A stretch of 56,070 nucleotides of DNA, filler included, from Sphacelaria rigidula (GCA_964200075.2; 6 parts of 6 records of this genome joined end to end with filler, not necessarily neighbours in it); one strand, 5' to 3'; shown: positions 13,774 through 25,519, counted from the first letter of the whole stretch. Notes: generated by a model not told the origin, from the sequence alone. Program-made: numbers and translations.

Positions 13774-13883
13774 TAGTCGACCTTCAAGCGCTGGAAGTAC
13801 ACCGACGAAGAGGGATCTGTGAACTGATCCGTTTCCACGATATTGATTCCGTAGCCATGAAGAAGGTGCGCCACGGCCGCCAC
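13774..13883 (-). CDS. purU: Formyltetrahydrofolate deformylase, exon 2 (ACT domain)
   Basis: aag|VAAVAHLLHGYGINIVETDQFTDPSSSVYFQRLKVD(Y)|gtgag. Confidence 0.93.
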
Positions 13884-14061
13884 CTTGCAAAGATGTCGAG
13901 GGGACACGAAGGTATCATTGAACAAAAAAACAGGCGACAGATTCACTTACAACAAACTCAACCAACTGCAGGCAGTACGTTCCCCACCGGCAGAATATCA
14001 TGAGCACACCCTCCGCCCCTAGAGGCTCTCAAAAAAAAGGGAGGAAAGAAGAGGCGGGTCG

Positions 14062-14135
14062 GGGCGTACTCATTTGTTTCTTGCAGTTGTCGGTTGACCA
14101 ATGACCACGCATCCCGTTCAAGACGGGGCACTCTC
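14062..14135 (-). mobile_element. Solo LINE 3' tail (family B)
   Basis: CGTACTCATTTGTT.CTTGC...GACCA.TGACCACGCATCCC matches 31441 and 42509 and the 3' ends of both LINEs. Confidence 0.75.
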
Positions 14136-14151
14136 AATAATGGGGGGGGGT

Positions 14152-14668
14152 GGGGGGTACTCATGAGCATGCAGGCCATACGAGTAGTCATCAGACCATT
14201 GACCTCGCATCCCTACAAAGCCGGGACGGAGCACGCCGGGTTTTCGCCGGACCAGGCTCGCACTCAATCACTAAGCGCGAAGCGCCGTGGTGTGTTTGGC
14301 GAGTCGCATGGTCAGCTGCATCCTGTCAAGATTGTTTGACCCGAAGCGTACTGATGAACTTGCATTTGGATGACAACCTACAATGGGTTGCTTTATTTTC
14401 TGGTATCGCCACTTCCAGAGACAGCCACGGCTCATACACTGTCTCATGGGTGCCTCCCCATTTCAACACTACGAAGTACGATCATCCTCATTGTGCAGAG
14501 TTGAGGTTCCCCCACGCCGCACAACATGATCTAGCTCGACTACCATCATGGTTAATGCAGAGAAAAACGCAAGCGCGCAAAAAGAAAAACGGTAACCTGG
14601 TTGCCTAGCTCACGCAGGGAGTGGCGTGCTTTATAGCGTCATCGGCAACCGACGCCAACCCCATCGGG
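14152..14668 (-). mobile_element. SINE family A, long (~510 bp) copy
   Basis: Colinear with 40157-40663 over its whole length, e.g. TTTTCTGGTATCGCCACTTCCAGAGACAGCCACGG and ACCTGGTTGCCTAGCT; a second short copy follows at 14675-14724. Confidence 0.85.
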
Positions 14669-15162
14669 GGTCCGCCCCTACAAAGCCGGGACGGAGCACG
14701 CCGGGTTCTCGCCGGACCAGGCTGAAGGGGGAGGGGGGGGCGAGAACTCAAGAGTACGGCAGGAATCTAATTGTACAGTAGCTTCTCTCGCCATTTTCTA
14801 TCGTATCCGTTGGGTACCCCCCTTCGAAAAGGGTGTACCAGTCACCCCTTCTCCCCCGCAGGCCTTGCTAAGAGTGAGCTTTTCCTAACAATGAGGAGGT
14901 GGGTAGGGCCTGCAGATGGTATCACCTCCTTTCACTTGCGCTATTAGTAGCACTTCATGTGACGATGCCGGGTGACCATGTCTCGTATATCGTCAGGCAG
15001 TCAATGAAACATATTTTCATACAAATACATTTACATACAAAGGCAACCGACAGCAACATCAACACAGCAGCAGCAGCAGCAGTAGCAGCAGCTGACGGCC
15101 CATCAGCTCAACCACTCCAACCACGAAGGACCCCCAAGCACCGGTACCGGGAACAAATCATC

Positions 15163-15196
<34 letters not shown>

Positions 15197-15197
15197 C
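15163..15197. repeat. (CAA)n microsatellite
   Basis: Direct reading. Confidence 0.9.
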
Positions 15198-15923
15198 CCC
15201 TCGTTTCGAAGCATATTTCCTACTGTCGACCATCACTAGGAATCGAACAACATTGGACGCCTGGGCATGCATCCAACACCGCAAATGATAGTTGAAACGT
15301 GTTCGACACCTCATGCCATGGCTATCCAGCACGTGTCTCAGCACTCATATAGTAGGCCGCATGCAAACTGCGCGAATCTGGTATTTGGGGATTTTTGGCG
15401 ATAACTTCCATACCCCCGTTCATCACAGGGAACGTCTGCCCTCAGAGCTTGAGTATCGCAATATATGAGCATCCGTTTCACATTTGGAAAACAAATTCGT
15501 TAGTGGACTCAGTATCGAACGGCTGACGGGGTGACCTGTTCTCGGGGGTCCTGCAACTACACAGCGTCAGGTTTCGACTCTTCAGTATTTTTTGCTCGAT
15601 TGAACCAATCCCGATCGCTCGTGAAAAAATAGAACAGACTTTTCCCCCCGAAATTCTGCCTTCAATTGCGCAGAGCCGAGAAACTGTATTTTTTGGTCCG
15701 ACGACGGTCAATAACACTCTTGATAAACGAAATCGTTACTCCTTATGACCCCGACAACAGCAACTTGGGGATCTTGTACTGAGCACGAACTGTTTATATC
15801 CCCGATATCTATCGAGTGCTGGGGAAGAGCAATATGCTATAAAAATTGAAAAATATATATATTACAAAACTTGCCCAGTTTGCATGCGGACTAGTGTATA
15901 CCCGACCATACAATCTCCCATGC

Positions 15924-15924
<1 letters not shown>

Positions 15925-15965
<41 letters not shown>

Positions 15966-16093
15966 ACCACCCCCCCCCCCACTTTTCCCCCCCCCCCCCG
16001 CGTCGTTGCCCAGTGTTNNNNNNNNNNCCCTTGTTCACTCGGGCTCGTGGTTACCCGCCCCTACCAACCCCCCCGCCCCCCCCCCCCCCCCCC
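15925..16093. repeat. Poly-C low-complexity tract with a native 10-N gap (16018-16027)
   Basis: Long C homopolymers around a short gap; probably low-quality assembly. Confidence 0.85.
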
Positions 16094-16141
16094 TCTTCAC
16101 CTGACCCCTCAAACACCGTATATCACCGTGCACTTTCTCAC

Positions 16142-16321
16142 CACGCCAGTCTGGTCTGGGCACTTGATGTTGATAATGGCTGTGAACGCCGGGGGCGGCG
16201 AAGCAGTCTCTCCTGCAAGCTCCGCCACCCTCGACACAGCTGGCACAGGCTGTACTACCGCATCGCTGGTGCCATCTTTGCCAGCTTGCCCGGACGGAGA
16301 GGGGTCTGCTAGGTTGCTCAT
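16142..16321 (-). CDS. purU: Formyltetrahydrofolate deformylase, exon 1 (first recognisable coding exon)
   Basis: MSNLADPS...FTAIINIKCPDQTGV|gtgag; 60 codons; CPDxxGxV is the PurU ACT signature. The start codon is tentative because an acceptor-like site lies just upstream. Confidence 0.88.
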
Positions 16322-17629
16322 ATGTGCTGTGGTTCTTTTTTTGCTGCAAGTGAGGGATGCTGCAAGGGTGATAACGTGGTGTACGGAAAATGGCGGCAGG
16401 GCGGGGGAGGGGGGGGGGTGGGGGGTTGCAAACATGGAACGGGAGAGCTTTGTGTGTGAATGAAGAACGGAAAATAACCAAGTGAAGAAGCACACCGTAC
16501 GTACGTACCACATGCAGGGGAGAATATGGACGAGCATTTTTTTCAACCAATCGCCGGGTAGTAAGAACTTTGCCTTCGTGTCACGAGAATGGCGTCTGTT
16601 TCGCTCTAGATCGTTGAAGTGAGGTCTTTATAACGCCAACACCATCACGAGCAAAAACGATGACAAATAGCATGCAAGGGCAGGGAAAATTGATCTGGTT
16701 TTCTCACAGCTAGTCGAGAAACGCTGCCCAAAGGACTGGGGTCCGAAAAATCAAAGCACAGTGGAAAATCACCCGCAGACGGGCTGAACCCCTTCGGATT
16801 GTACAAGTACAGATTTGTCCGCATCAAAACGGTTTCACGAGCTATTCTAGAGGGTTGAATGACTCAATTGTTCAGTTATCATTGAATCATGTGCGGCGCA
16901 ACCCAACACTGAGAGGGAGGGGCACATACAGTTCGAGAGAAAAAATAAATACAGTGGTCAAACTCTCAACTTCGCATGTCGATTGAAACCGACTATTTTT
17001 TTTTAATCTTTTTCGGTTACCACGACTCATGACGGGGTGTGTTTCATCTCTAACGTTGGGAATCGAGAGACATGAGTCCCCGACCCCAGTCTGGGAGAAG
17101 AATAATCGACTACCAATTTTGCGCACCCTAGACAAAATATTATATTATCAAATAATGCACTGCGTACGGTTTGGAACCTATGGCCTATTGCAATAGACGC
17201 AGTACACTTTTTGACAATGTAATCTATTGTCCAGGGTGCGCATTTTTGACGAGTTACAGACTCACCAGTCTTTGTGGGTCCTACGAGTGTACAGCTAGGC
17301 CCTGACTCCTTCTACGGCGGCACAACCCCCATACATGGGGATAGTTTTTTGTAGTAGAATATGTGAAACTCAACCAATCAGAGGCCTATCAGTGAGGAAT
17401 CGGCGGGATCTAGCGCCAATGAAATGCGACCTTCGTGGTGAATTATGTAGTGAAAACTGCTTGTGATTGGCTCGCAGGCTCGAGTCACACCTATTTGTAG
17501 TGTACGCCGGGACGGATAGAACAGCAGCAGAGAAACGGAGCTGCAAGCAGACAAGCAGACAGCGAATGGTATATTGCCGTCGCAGTGTGTCATTGCGATG
17601 CTCGTGTATCGGTATATCCCCATCGTACT

Positions 17630-17867
17630 ATGGCTGGTTGTGTCTTTCCGTGGCCGCGAGCACTGGCACCGATGCCAGCAGCAGCAGCCGCCATGCTGAC
17701 GGGTGCAAGCCGTACCCTGGCGGTACAGTATATCCGAACTGTGCTGTGCGTTGCTCCTTTCATCGGAGCACAGGGTCTGGTCCGGCCGGTCGAGCGGTGT
17801 TTACTGGTGCTGGTTGTGTGCCTATACCCAGCCATGTTCGGTATCGCGCAAGTGATGGGTCCAGATG
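17630..17867 (+). CDS. Possible first coding exon of a membrane protein divergent from purU
   Basis: MAGCVFPWPRALAPM...LLVLVVCLYPAMFGIAQVMGPD|gtata; hydrophobic, no family recognised. Confidence 0.3.
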
Positions 17868-18376
17868 GTATATAAAGTTTTGAACAGATAGTCAAGTGCT
17901 TAGACAGCCCTGCATCCCGACTGATACTATATGTCACAGGGGCGAACACATCAATACAGCACATAAGCCAATCTCAGCGGAGATCAAACCGTCTTCACAA
18001 GGTCCAAACCACACCACAGAACAGTGATAGCTACAGCACACGAGAGCGGACGTCAGTGTGTTTGTGCTGCAGTACAGTGAAACAAGGCATGTCCCATGTT
18101 TTAGTTATTCGGCTGATTTTAACGGGTCCTCAGTGTTTGCCGGGTGCCGATCTTAATCGCTCGGCCATAATCGCGCTTCGCGCAAATGACCTAATTTACT
18201 ACAATTTTCCATGCCTCTGCGGCGACAGAAAAAGCAGGATTCCGCATTTTTGCGCAGAAATACAGGCGTTAAAAAAATAGCAGCAAAACCAAAACATGTC
18301 GCAGATTTTCAGAAAATACGGCAGGTTCTAGAGAGGATAGAGCATAATTGGGATTGCGTGGCGCAGATTTCCAATA

Positions 18377-18473
18377 CGAGCTGGGCCAGCTTAAAAGCGG
18401 CTAAAAGCTGCCCACACCGCAGCTTTCCCAGTTTACCGAATGAGCCCGATGTGAGCATGTCACTGTGAACTGC
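18377..18473 (+). repeat. Interspersed repeat family E
   Basis: Diverged reverse-complement copy at 46476-46570 (CGAGCTGGGCCAG...CCGAATGA.CCCGATGTGAGCAT.TC.CTGTGAACTG). Confidence 0.75.
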
Positions 18474-18625
18474 AGACCCACATGATGACGAAGGACTGCG
18501 TCGCTGTTCGATTGGCGTCATATTGCCGATGACGTTTTAGTACTGTGTAGAGTACAGGGTGCGTCTGATATCGTTGGGCGATATCGTGTCGGAGTGCGTT
18601 TTTTTTTGTTAATGCGGTGGGTTCA

Positions 18626-18725
18626 NNNNNNNNNNNNNNNNNNNNNNNNNNNNNNNNNNNNNNNNNNNNTTAATTAATTAANNNNNNNNNNNNNNNNNNN
18701 NNNNNNNNNNNNNNNNNNNNNNNNN
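18626..18725. other. Artificial linker
   Basis: Same 100-bp N/TTAATTAATTAA/N structure. Confidence 0.98.
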
Positions 18726-19720
18726 CCTTCACTTTGAACTGAGAGGTCTGCTTGAGATTTAGCAAAGTCAAGAGTGCCGCGCATCGTACAGTCCGCCTTC
18801 TCCACATAACGAGAAACGCGCGCTGTGTACCATGCCGTGCTGTTGTAGTCCCGCAGGTCGCGATTATCATGGGTTTACAAGCAGCAGCAGTAGCAGCGGC
18901 AGCAGCAGCATGTTATCATTTTTCCCCCTCCTTCACTGGGCAACTGCAGTTATTTCACGTGTGCTGATAAATACACTGACTTGACTGTGGAGCAAAACGT
19001 GGACCTCGCTGATGATTTCATAAGATTCTGCAAGTCCGACACATATTCTGTGGGGATTCAAACCCTTCACTTTGAACTGAGAGGTCTGCTTGAGATTTAG
19101 CAAAGTCCAAAGTGCCGCGCATCGTACAGTCCGCCTTCTCCACATAACGAGAAACGCGCGCTGTGTACCATGCCGTGCTGTTGTAGTCCCCCAGGTCGCG
19201 ATTATCATGGGTTTGCAAGAAGCAGCACCACCACCACCATGCCCATGTTATCATTTTTCCCCCTCCTTCATTTGGCAACTGCAGTTATTTCACGTGTGCT
19301 GATGAATACACTAGCTGACTTGACTGTGGAGCAAAACGTGGACCTCGCTGATGATTTCATAAGATTCTGCAAGTCCGACATATGTTTCGTGGGGATTCAA
19401 ACCCTTCACTTTGAACTGAGAGGTCTGCTCGAGATTCAGCAAAGTCAGCCACTTTTTACACGGCAAGCAACGGGCTCTGTACTGTATACTGCCCGTCGGG
19501 GTTATTTGGAAAGGGGCATATAATATCTAGAGCAGGACAACCATATGGATCAGTTTGTCTCTTGCCTCTTTTTCATGTTTTTGTCTGATTTTCGCAAACT
19601 GACCGGTGTTCGACCCTTTCAAGATGGGACTTTGCTGATGAATTCATAAGATTCTGCAAGCCCGACACTTTTTTTCATGTGGGGATTAAATCCTTCACTT
19701 TGAACTGAGAAGTCCCACTT
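18726..19720. repeat. Tandem repeat, 338-339-bp unit (two full, two partial copies)
   Basis: CCTTCACTTTGAACTGAGA starts at 18726, 19064, 19403 and 19692. Confidence 0.92.
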
Positions 19721-20240
19721 GGAAGTTAATTCAGACTGTTTTTTGTTTTTGTTATCGCTGATTACACCAGAGCAGTGTGGCAAAATAGCGAGCACTTGCG
19801 ATAAAGCTTGAACGGGATATTTTTCCTTTCACAAGGTGGTCACTACAATCTCAAAATTTGTGGATTGGACCACCATTGCGCTCTTTGTCTAGTGGGGAAT
19901 GAATTTTGGGCTCTCACACCGAACCAGCCTGTAGTAACTTTTTCATTTATTGAACTCGAAAGTCCACGTTTTGAACTCATGGGTCGAATTTTTCCATCTC
20001 TCGAAAAGTCACCGGTCTGAAGGAAGGGTTGGTGTGATGCATTATAAAAAAAAGATTGTCGCTCGATCGTGGCAAAACCTGTCAGGTAGGGCAGTGCGCC
20101 ACATGGCGAAGATGCTGATTGGTTGAGAGGGGGAGGGGTGAGGCGGGGAGAGGGAAGAGCAGCAGCTTTTCGCTGAAAATGTTACGATTGGGAAACGACG
20201 TGACACTGTCTCGAGAGGTGGCGTGACTGAGGGAGTCCGG

Positions 20241-20946
20241 CAGCCCTGTGATTACTTCTACAAAACCAAGATCTGTTCCGAACGCAAATAGTGTGGACAC
20301 GAGCATTTGTACTTTCTGTATGACGGGCTAGTCGACTTCCTCTTCTCCAAGTCCTCTCACGTGCGTGCAAGCCAATCCGCCGCGTTGATGATAGAAATAT
20401 CTAAATTTGGTCAACACTCTATAACATGACGCCTGAACCGTGGAGATGCGTTGTCCCGCGGGTTCACATGTTGACTGCTGGGTGTGCAAAGAGTATCCGG
20501 GTGCATGAATATGATTTCCCTGAATCGGAACACTTTTTTGATCCCAAAACGGAACACTCATTTTCCTGGAATTGAGTATTCCTGGCAGTATCGTGATATC
20601 TGCGGATATTCTTCCTTCCCGAAACGGCATGTCTCTTGGCTAGCTGGTTCCGTATCCTGATGGTGACACTTTTCGTGCGCTTTGTCCCGCCCCCTATCCC
20701 CTATATCCATTCTTGTTTCATGCCCCTGTTTCATTTACTGGATACGTTTACGCCCCATCCGTAGCGAACAGTAGCCCAAAAGGTGGTGAGCCTTTTTGGC
20801 ATCTTCCTGCCTCCGCCGAAACACTCGCCAGGGGATGTGGGGCCAGGGGGGGTATGTCAGCCCTGTGATTACTTCTACAAAACCAAGATCTGTTCCGAAC
20901 GCAAATATTGTGGACACGAGCATTTGTACTTTCTGTGTGACGGGCT
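20241..20946. repeat. 89-bp direct repeat pair (20241-20329, 20858-20946)
   Basis: CAGCCCTGTGATTACTTC...TGACGGGCT twice, 2 mismatches. Confidence 0.92.
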
Positions 20947-21428
20947 GTCGGGTGCACGAGCGCGCCATGTTTTCCAAGCAGAGCATGTGTTTTGGTATAT
21001 TTCAGGTGGTACATGAGCTTGGGCCTGTGAAAATTCGTTTGTGTTCTTGACTGCGTTGACAAATTATCTGTTGAAACATCTGCGCCGTCCCCCATTATTG
21101 TCCGCACCCTAGATGAAAATATGCATGCAGATATGTATATAAGGTCTTCCTTTGAACAGCGCAAACCACGAAAAACTCATATCGGTCGAACGTTGTAAAA
21201 GGGGCCGCAGCCGGCGGAAGAAAGCTTTTTCGTGCGTATATTCGAGAGCGTGGGTGTACGTGCATGGTGGAGTTATGTCGAGTTCCCCCCAAGATCCCGT
21301 CTTGTCACACGTACTGCTGTGCGTCTGTGTTTTGTGGTGAAGACAGTATTCTATCGATGATGGTGATCGGCCTCGTGTCATTATCTCTTGAACCCTCCCT
21401 TCCTCCTGTCCCGGGGGTCATTCTCCAG

Positions 21429-21533
21429 AACGCGATGAAGAAATTGGCCAAGGGAGGCGGCAAGAAAAAGGAAAAGAAGACGTGGGCGCAGCCGGCGACT
21501 TCCGACAAGCCAAAGAAGCCCAAGAAGGCCGAG
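21429..21533 (+). CDS. VARS: Valyl-tRNA synthetase, Lys-rich N-terminal exon
   Basis: cag|NAMKKLAKGGGKKKEKKTWAQPATSDKPKKPKKAE|gtcag; phase 0 into the next exon. An upstream exon was not identified. Confidence 0.8.
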
Positions 21534-21629
21534 GTCAGTGAGAGGTACCTAAATAGAGGAGAAATGTAGTGGGCGAAGTATATCTTTATTACAGCTATTG
21601 CCGGCCAAGAATATTCATAATGAGCCTAT

Positions 21630-21872
21630 ACTCGACGCGGTAAACTTCTTGTCTATTCCAACTACTGGCCATATATTAGAGAATTTTGGAAATCGCGTCT
21701 TTCTGACTGAGTGCAAATATCTCAGGATTAGAGTGCAGCAAAAAAATATTTCCCCCTCAGTCAAATGTGGTATGTATTCCCTTGACTTTTTTTCTGATGT
21801 TTTTCATTTCCTTCTGCACTTTGATTCTGAAATATTTGCCCTCGGAAAGAAGAAAAAAGGGTTCCAAACTCT
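21630..21872 (+). repeat. Interspersed repeat family L
   Basis: GAGTGCAAATATC...CTGA.ATATTTGCCCTC.GAAA homologous to the reverse complement of 50015-50230. Confidence 0.7.
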
Positions 21873-22315
21873 CCATTCTTCACGGTGTGAGTCTCTTATA
21901 CCTCGAACTACATGCAGCATTGCACACCCTGGAGCATATATATGAACAGTCTGCAATAGGTCTACACTTTACTCAGTACATTCTATGGTGTAATTAGTTA
22001 TCAGTCTTTGATCTGGGGCGTGCAGCACTGTCAACGCTTGTACTGCGCACAGTATCGAATACTCTTTTTTTGTCCTCCTTCTCTCATTCAAGCTCGATTT
22101 TCTCGTGCCCAAAAACCGAACAGAGCCAAAAACTAGCCACGTGTAGCCGTGTGGGGAAATGAAAGTGCTGACTTTTCGCCCACCAAAAAATAATGCAATT
22201 GATAAAGAGTTTACTGACGTTTTTCAGGGTTCGGTCGCCATGTCTTCACATGTTTTGTATCGAGATTTGATTCCAATATATTCGAGTTTCGCTGTTGACT
22301 TCATTGTGAAAAAAG

Positions 22316-22468
22316 GTGATCGCCACATACGACGGGCCAAGAGACGGGACCAAAAAAGATGTGTCGGGCGAGATGCCAGCCACGTACCAACCTCTCTACG
22401 TCGAGGCCGCGTGGCAAGAGTACTGGGAAGCTTCCGGCTTCTACACGTGCGATCCGGCCAAGGCTATT
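22316..22468 (+). CDS. VARS: Valyl-tRNA synthetase exon
   Basis: aag|VIATYDGPRDGTKKDVSGEMPATYQPLYVEAAWQEYWEASGFYTCDPAKAI|gtgag; eukaryotic ValRS KKD...YxPxxVExAWxxxW motif. Confidence 0.93.
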
Positions 22469-22602
22469 GTGAGTGTGTAAGTGTGTGTACGTGGCTGCGT
22501 TGAAGCTTGTTGTTTGTTTTTTTGCCTTTTGTTGACTTCGGGTGTGTTGTGTCGGTTGTAAGTATTTTACATGTCGGACAGCTCATGGAGCTACCTAAAA
22601 TG

Positions 22603-22870
22603 TCAAAGGGTCGGACAAACGATGATTCGTCTGGAAATCACTTGGTTTCAGTATTGTTGGTTCGAATCGTACGAATCAGTCCCTAGGCTCTGTTTTCGCG
22701 TTGCAACCCAGGTACACGAAGTTCAGACACGTGTGATGGCGCAAAGGTTGCGTGGATACCCCCATTGAACCAGCGGCCAGCTTTTTTCTCCCTCATGGGC
22801 AATCAGGCCGAAGAAAGATCTGGTGATCGTAGTCGTGATGATTCGTCCTAACCGTGAAAATATCTAATCG
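22603..22870 (+). mobile_element. Interspersed repeat family M (probable non-autonomous DNA element)
   Basis: Colinear with 55262-55530 and 1-38; inverted copy at ~25520-25782. Confidence 0.75.
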
Positions 22871-22879
22871 AAGAGACCT

Positions 22880-23097
22880 TTCAGACCCGTTGTCCAATAG
22901 CACGGAGTACGTGACGGTATTGGGATCCATGGAACCGAAGCGCTATCTTTCGCGATACCCCGCGTGCCCGGTGTCCAGCGCTGTAGGAAAATATTAGGAC
23001 ATTGGGGGCAAATGAGCTAAGAAAGCTCATGATCTGGATCAGCACACTAATAGGCAAGTAATATTTACGTCGCTCATGAGCTGTCCGACGTGTGTAA
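22880..23097 (-). mobile_element. MITE family K, partial copy inverted relative to 24821-25082
   Basis: CAAATGAGC...GCTCATGAGCTGTCCGACGTGTG matches the reverse complement of 24821-24910. Confidence 0.7.
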
Positions 23098-23576
23098 GCA
23101 TACCCTGGCTGAAATTTGTTGTCTGTTCGTTCACCATATCTGACCGCGGGGAATATGCTTTTGCGAACATTTTCGTATTTGGATCGTTTTTCATTACTAT
23201 CAAATAATAATTGAGCAGCGAAAGAAGGAAGAAACACGTCGGCATCGGCACAACACGTGGGGGGGGGCCACTCGCCAGAAAAATTGACGAGTAGCCTTAC
23301 GTGGTAGCCACAGGGTGTTCCAGGCTGTTTTGGCGGACGAGATTTTTGGACAAGAGAGCATGTCATGCTGAGGGAGCGTTCGTGGGGGTGACAGATATGA
23401 ACTTCCATGAAATGAACGTTCTCGAATGTTTTTGCTTATCACGTGGTATGTTGCGCACAAATGGTGTCTGTCCGGGGTGTGGTGTGTCTGGGTGTCTAGG
23501 TGTGTTCCACGGTGGGGCTTTGAAAAAAAAATGGTGGAAGCAGGATTTATTGTCCACAAATATCGTGTAACGAAAA

Positions 23577-24147
23577 CGGCCATGAAGAAAAGAAAACATA
23601 TTCGTGAGTTTCGTCTTTCCCCGTGTTGAAAACGGGAGATTGCGGGCGCTGAGCGATAACAGTCTACCGACATTTGCACGTCAGTCCGAGCCGTAAAATT
23701 TATGAAATATACTGTTGATATACTAATTCGTTGTCGTTATCGTCATCCATCCCATATATTTTCGAGCGTGACGGAACCGGGGAAGGGAGGGGGGATCGTT
23801 GGCGGCTATGAAGAAGAAATACATTATCGTGAGTTTCGCCTTTTCCCCTGTTATAACGGGTGGATTGCGGCTCTGAGCGATAACAGTCCAATGACATTTG
23901 CACGTCAGTCTGAGCCGTACTGTAACTTTATCTTGTCCAGTTAGTACAAGTATGGTAATAACACTGTTTTATTTTTATATCGCTGTCGTTGAGGGAACTG
24001 AGCGGGAAGGGGAGGGGGGGATTATTGTTGGCGGCTATGAAGAATAAAAACATGTTCGTGAGTTTTGTATATCCTCTGGTTAAAACAAGTGGATCGCGGC
24101 TCTGAGCGAGAACTGTTCAACGACATTTGCACGTCAGTCTGAGCCGT
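23577..24147. repeat. Triple tandem repeat, ~230-bp period with a ~120-bp conserved core
   Basis: ATGAAGAA...CGTGAGTTT...CTGAGCGA.AAC.GT...GACATTTGCACGTCAGTC.GAGCCGT at ~23577, 23801 and 24031. Confidence 0.88.
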
Positions 24148-24644
24148 CGACTTCCACACGCACGAGTTGAACGACGAAGTCGTGTGGAGGAGTATTTTTT
24201 TCTTCTCTTCTCTGGCAGTAATCGACGGCAGTTCCGTGTATTTCTCTCGATCGAATCGATCATTATCGGGTATATATATATATATTGTTATTTTTCACAT
24301 GTGCGCCCAAATTCTGAAGTTTTGGCTTGCCGTGCATGTGATGTTTGAAAATGATACCAACGGGTGCTGCTCTCTTTCGTGAAAGTTCCTTATCGGTTTC
24401 GGCCACGCGACCGTTGATGAGATCGTCACATGGTAACGCGGCGAAATTTGCTTGCTGCTCCCGCTGCGGTGTACAACGCACTACGTGCACACTTTTATCA
24501 GAGGGTCAAGTTGAAGCGTGACTATCAGTCGATCAATGAACACATGATGTGCTTTCCCGCTCACCACAGTCTGTCCATCATTGTTCCTGTGCTTGAGGGG
24601 ATCAATTCACGCGCGACAATCAGTCATCAATCGATAGATGTTAA

Positions 24645-25143
24645 CCCTTCTGGAACTCACGAGAACCGGTACAAACTTTCATATGCAAGCTTTCGTCACC
24701 AGGAAAACGTCACTTCGGGTCCGGTGCACGAACTGTCACATCAACATATACTTGAAATCAGAGTGGTGTACCGTTAGGGTGGACTGTATCAACACTTGCA
24801 GAAAAAAAAACATGATCTTGCACACGCCATACAGACAGCTCATGAGCTACCTGGGTATTGCTTGTTATTAGAGTACTAATTCGGATCATGACTTGGCTCA
24901 TTTGGCCCACTATATCCGTATTAGCTCTAGACAGCGATGGACCCCGCGCACGCCGTGTAGCGGGAAGGTGAAATTCTGGCTTCTCGGACACTGCTGTCAC
25001 GTGTTTCGTGTTTTTGTAGAAGAGATCTGGGAGTTGTCTTCGATTATGTATTTCAGGTGGATCATAACCTGTCCGACGTGTGTAATCTTGCAAAAAAAAC
25101 GTCAAGTGTAATCGTCATTTTTTCATCAACGGTTGCAAAAGGG
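24645..25143. mobile_element. piggyBac-like MITE
   Basis: TTAA|CCCTTCTGGAAC ... GTTGCAAAAGGG|TTAA (TIR 10/12); a similar right end lies at 43323-43384. Confidence 0.7.
24821..25082. mobile_element. MITE family K (hAT-like) nested in the piggyBac-like MITE
   Basis: CACACG...ACAG.TCATGA / TCAT.A.CTGTCCGACGTGTG termini; 8-bp TSD TGATCTTG/TAATCTTG; another copy at ~38225-38500. Confidence 0.7.
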
Positions 25144-25251
25144 TTAAAAGTTCGCCGCCTTGGTGTATATCCGTGCGCGCTTTCTCCTCCCCACCCCGCC
25201 CGCCCGTCCCTTCCATTTTCCCCACCGCGTCTCTGCTTGGAAAATAACCAG

Positions 25252-25361
25252 AACCTACCGGAGGAGAAGAAATTTATCATAGTTATCCCCCCGCCCAACG
25301 TGACGGGTTCTTTGCATCTGGGCCACGCCCTCACTGCCGCTGTTGAGGACACCCTTACGAG
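25252..25361 (+). CDS. VARS: Valyl-tRNA synthetase exon with the HIGH motif
   Basis: cag|[36 protein letters not shown](R)|gtacg. Confidence 0.97.
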
Positions 25362-25519
25362 GTACGACGGGGAGTATACGGCACGTGCCTTTTTTTATAC
25401 CAATTCGTTGTTTTCCCTCTCGTGTCGTAAATATCGCGGATGCTTCAGAGACAACCTCACCTACTGACTACTGACACTAGACTCGTCGCGAATTTCTGAA
25501 ATATAGTTGCTGTGTCGAT

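Noticed and set aside
15846..16463. Poly-proline ORFs
   Set aside because: Produced by C homopolymers around an N gap, antisense to purU.
19290..19375. Retrozyme idea for the 339-bp repeats (CTGATGA motifs)
   Set aside because: No stem II-GAAA-NUH arrangement; one of the two motifs is CTGATAA in the other copy.
23577..24147. CRISPR-like array
   Set aside because: Units are too long and degenerate, lie in a eukaryotic intron, and no cas genes are present.
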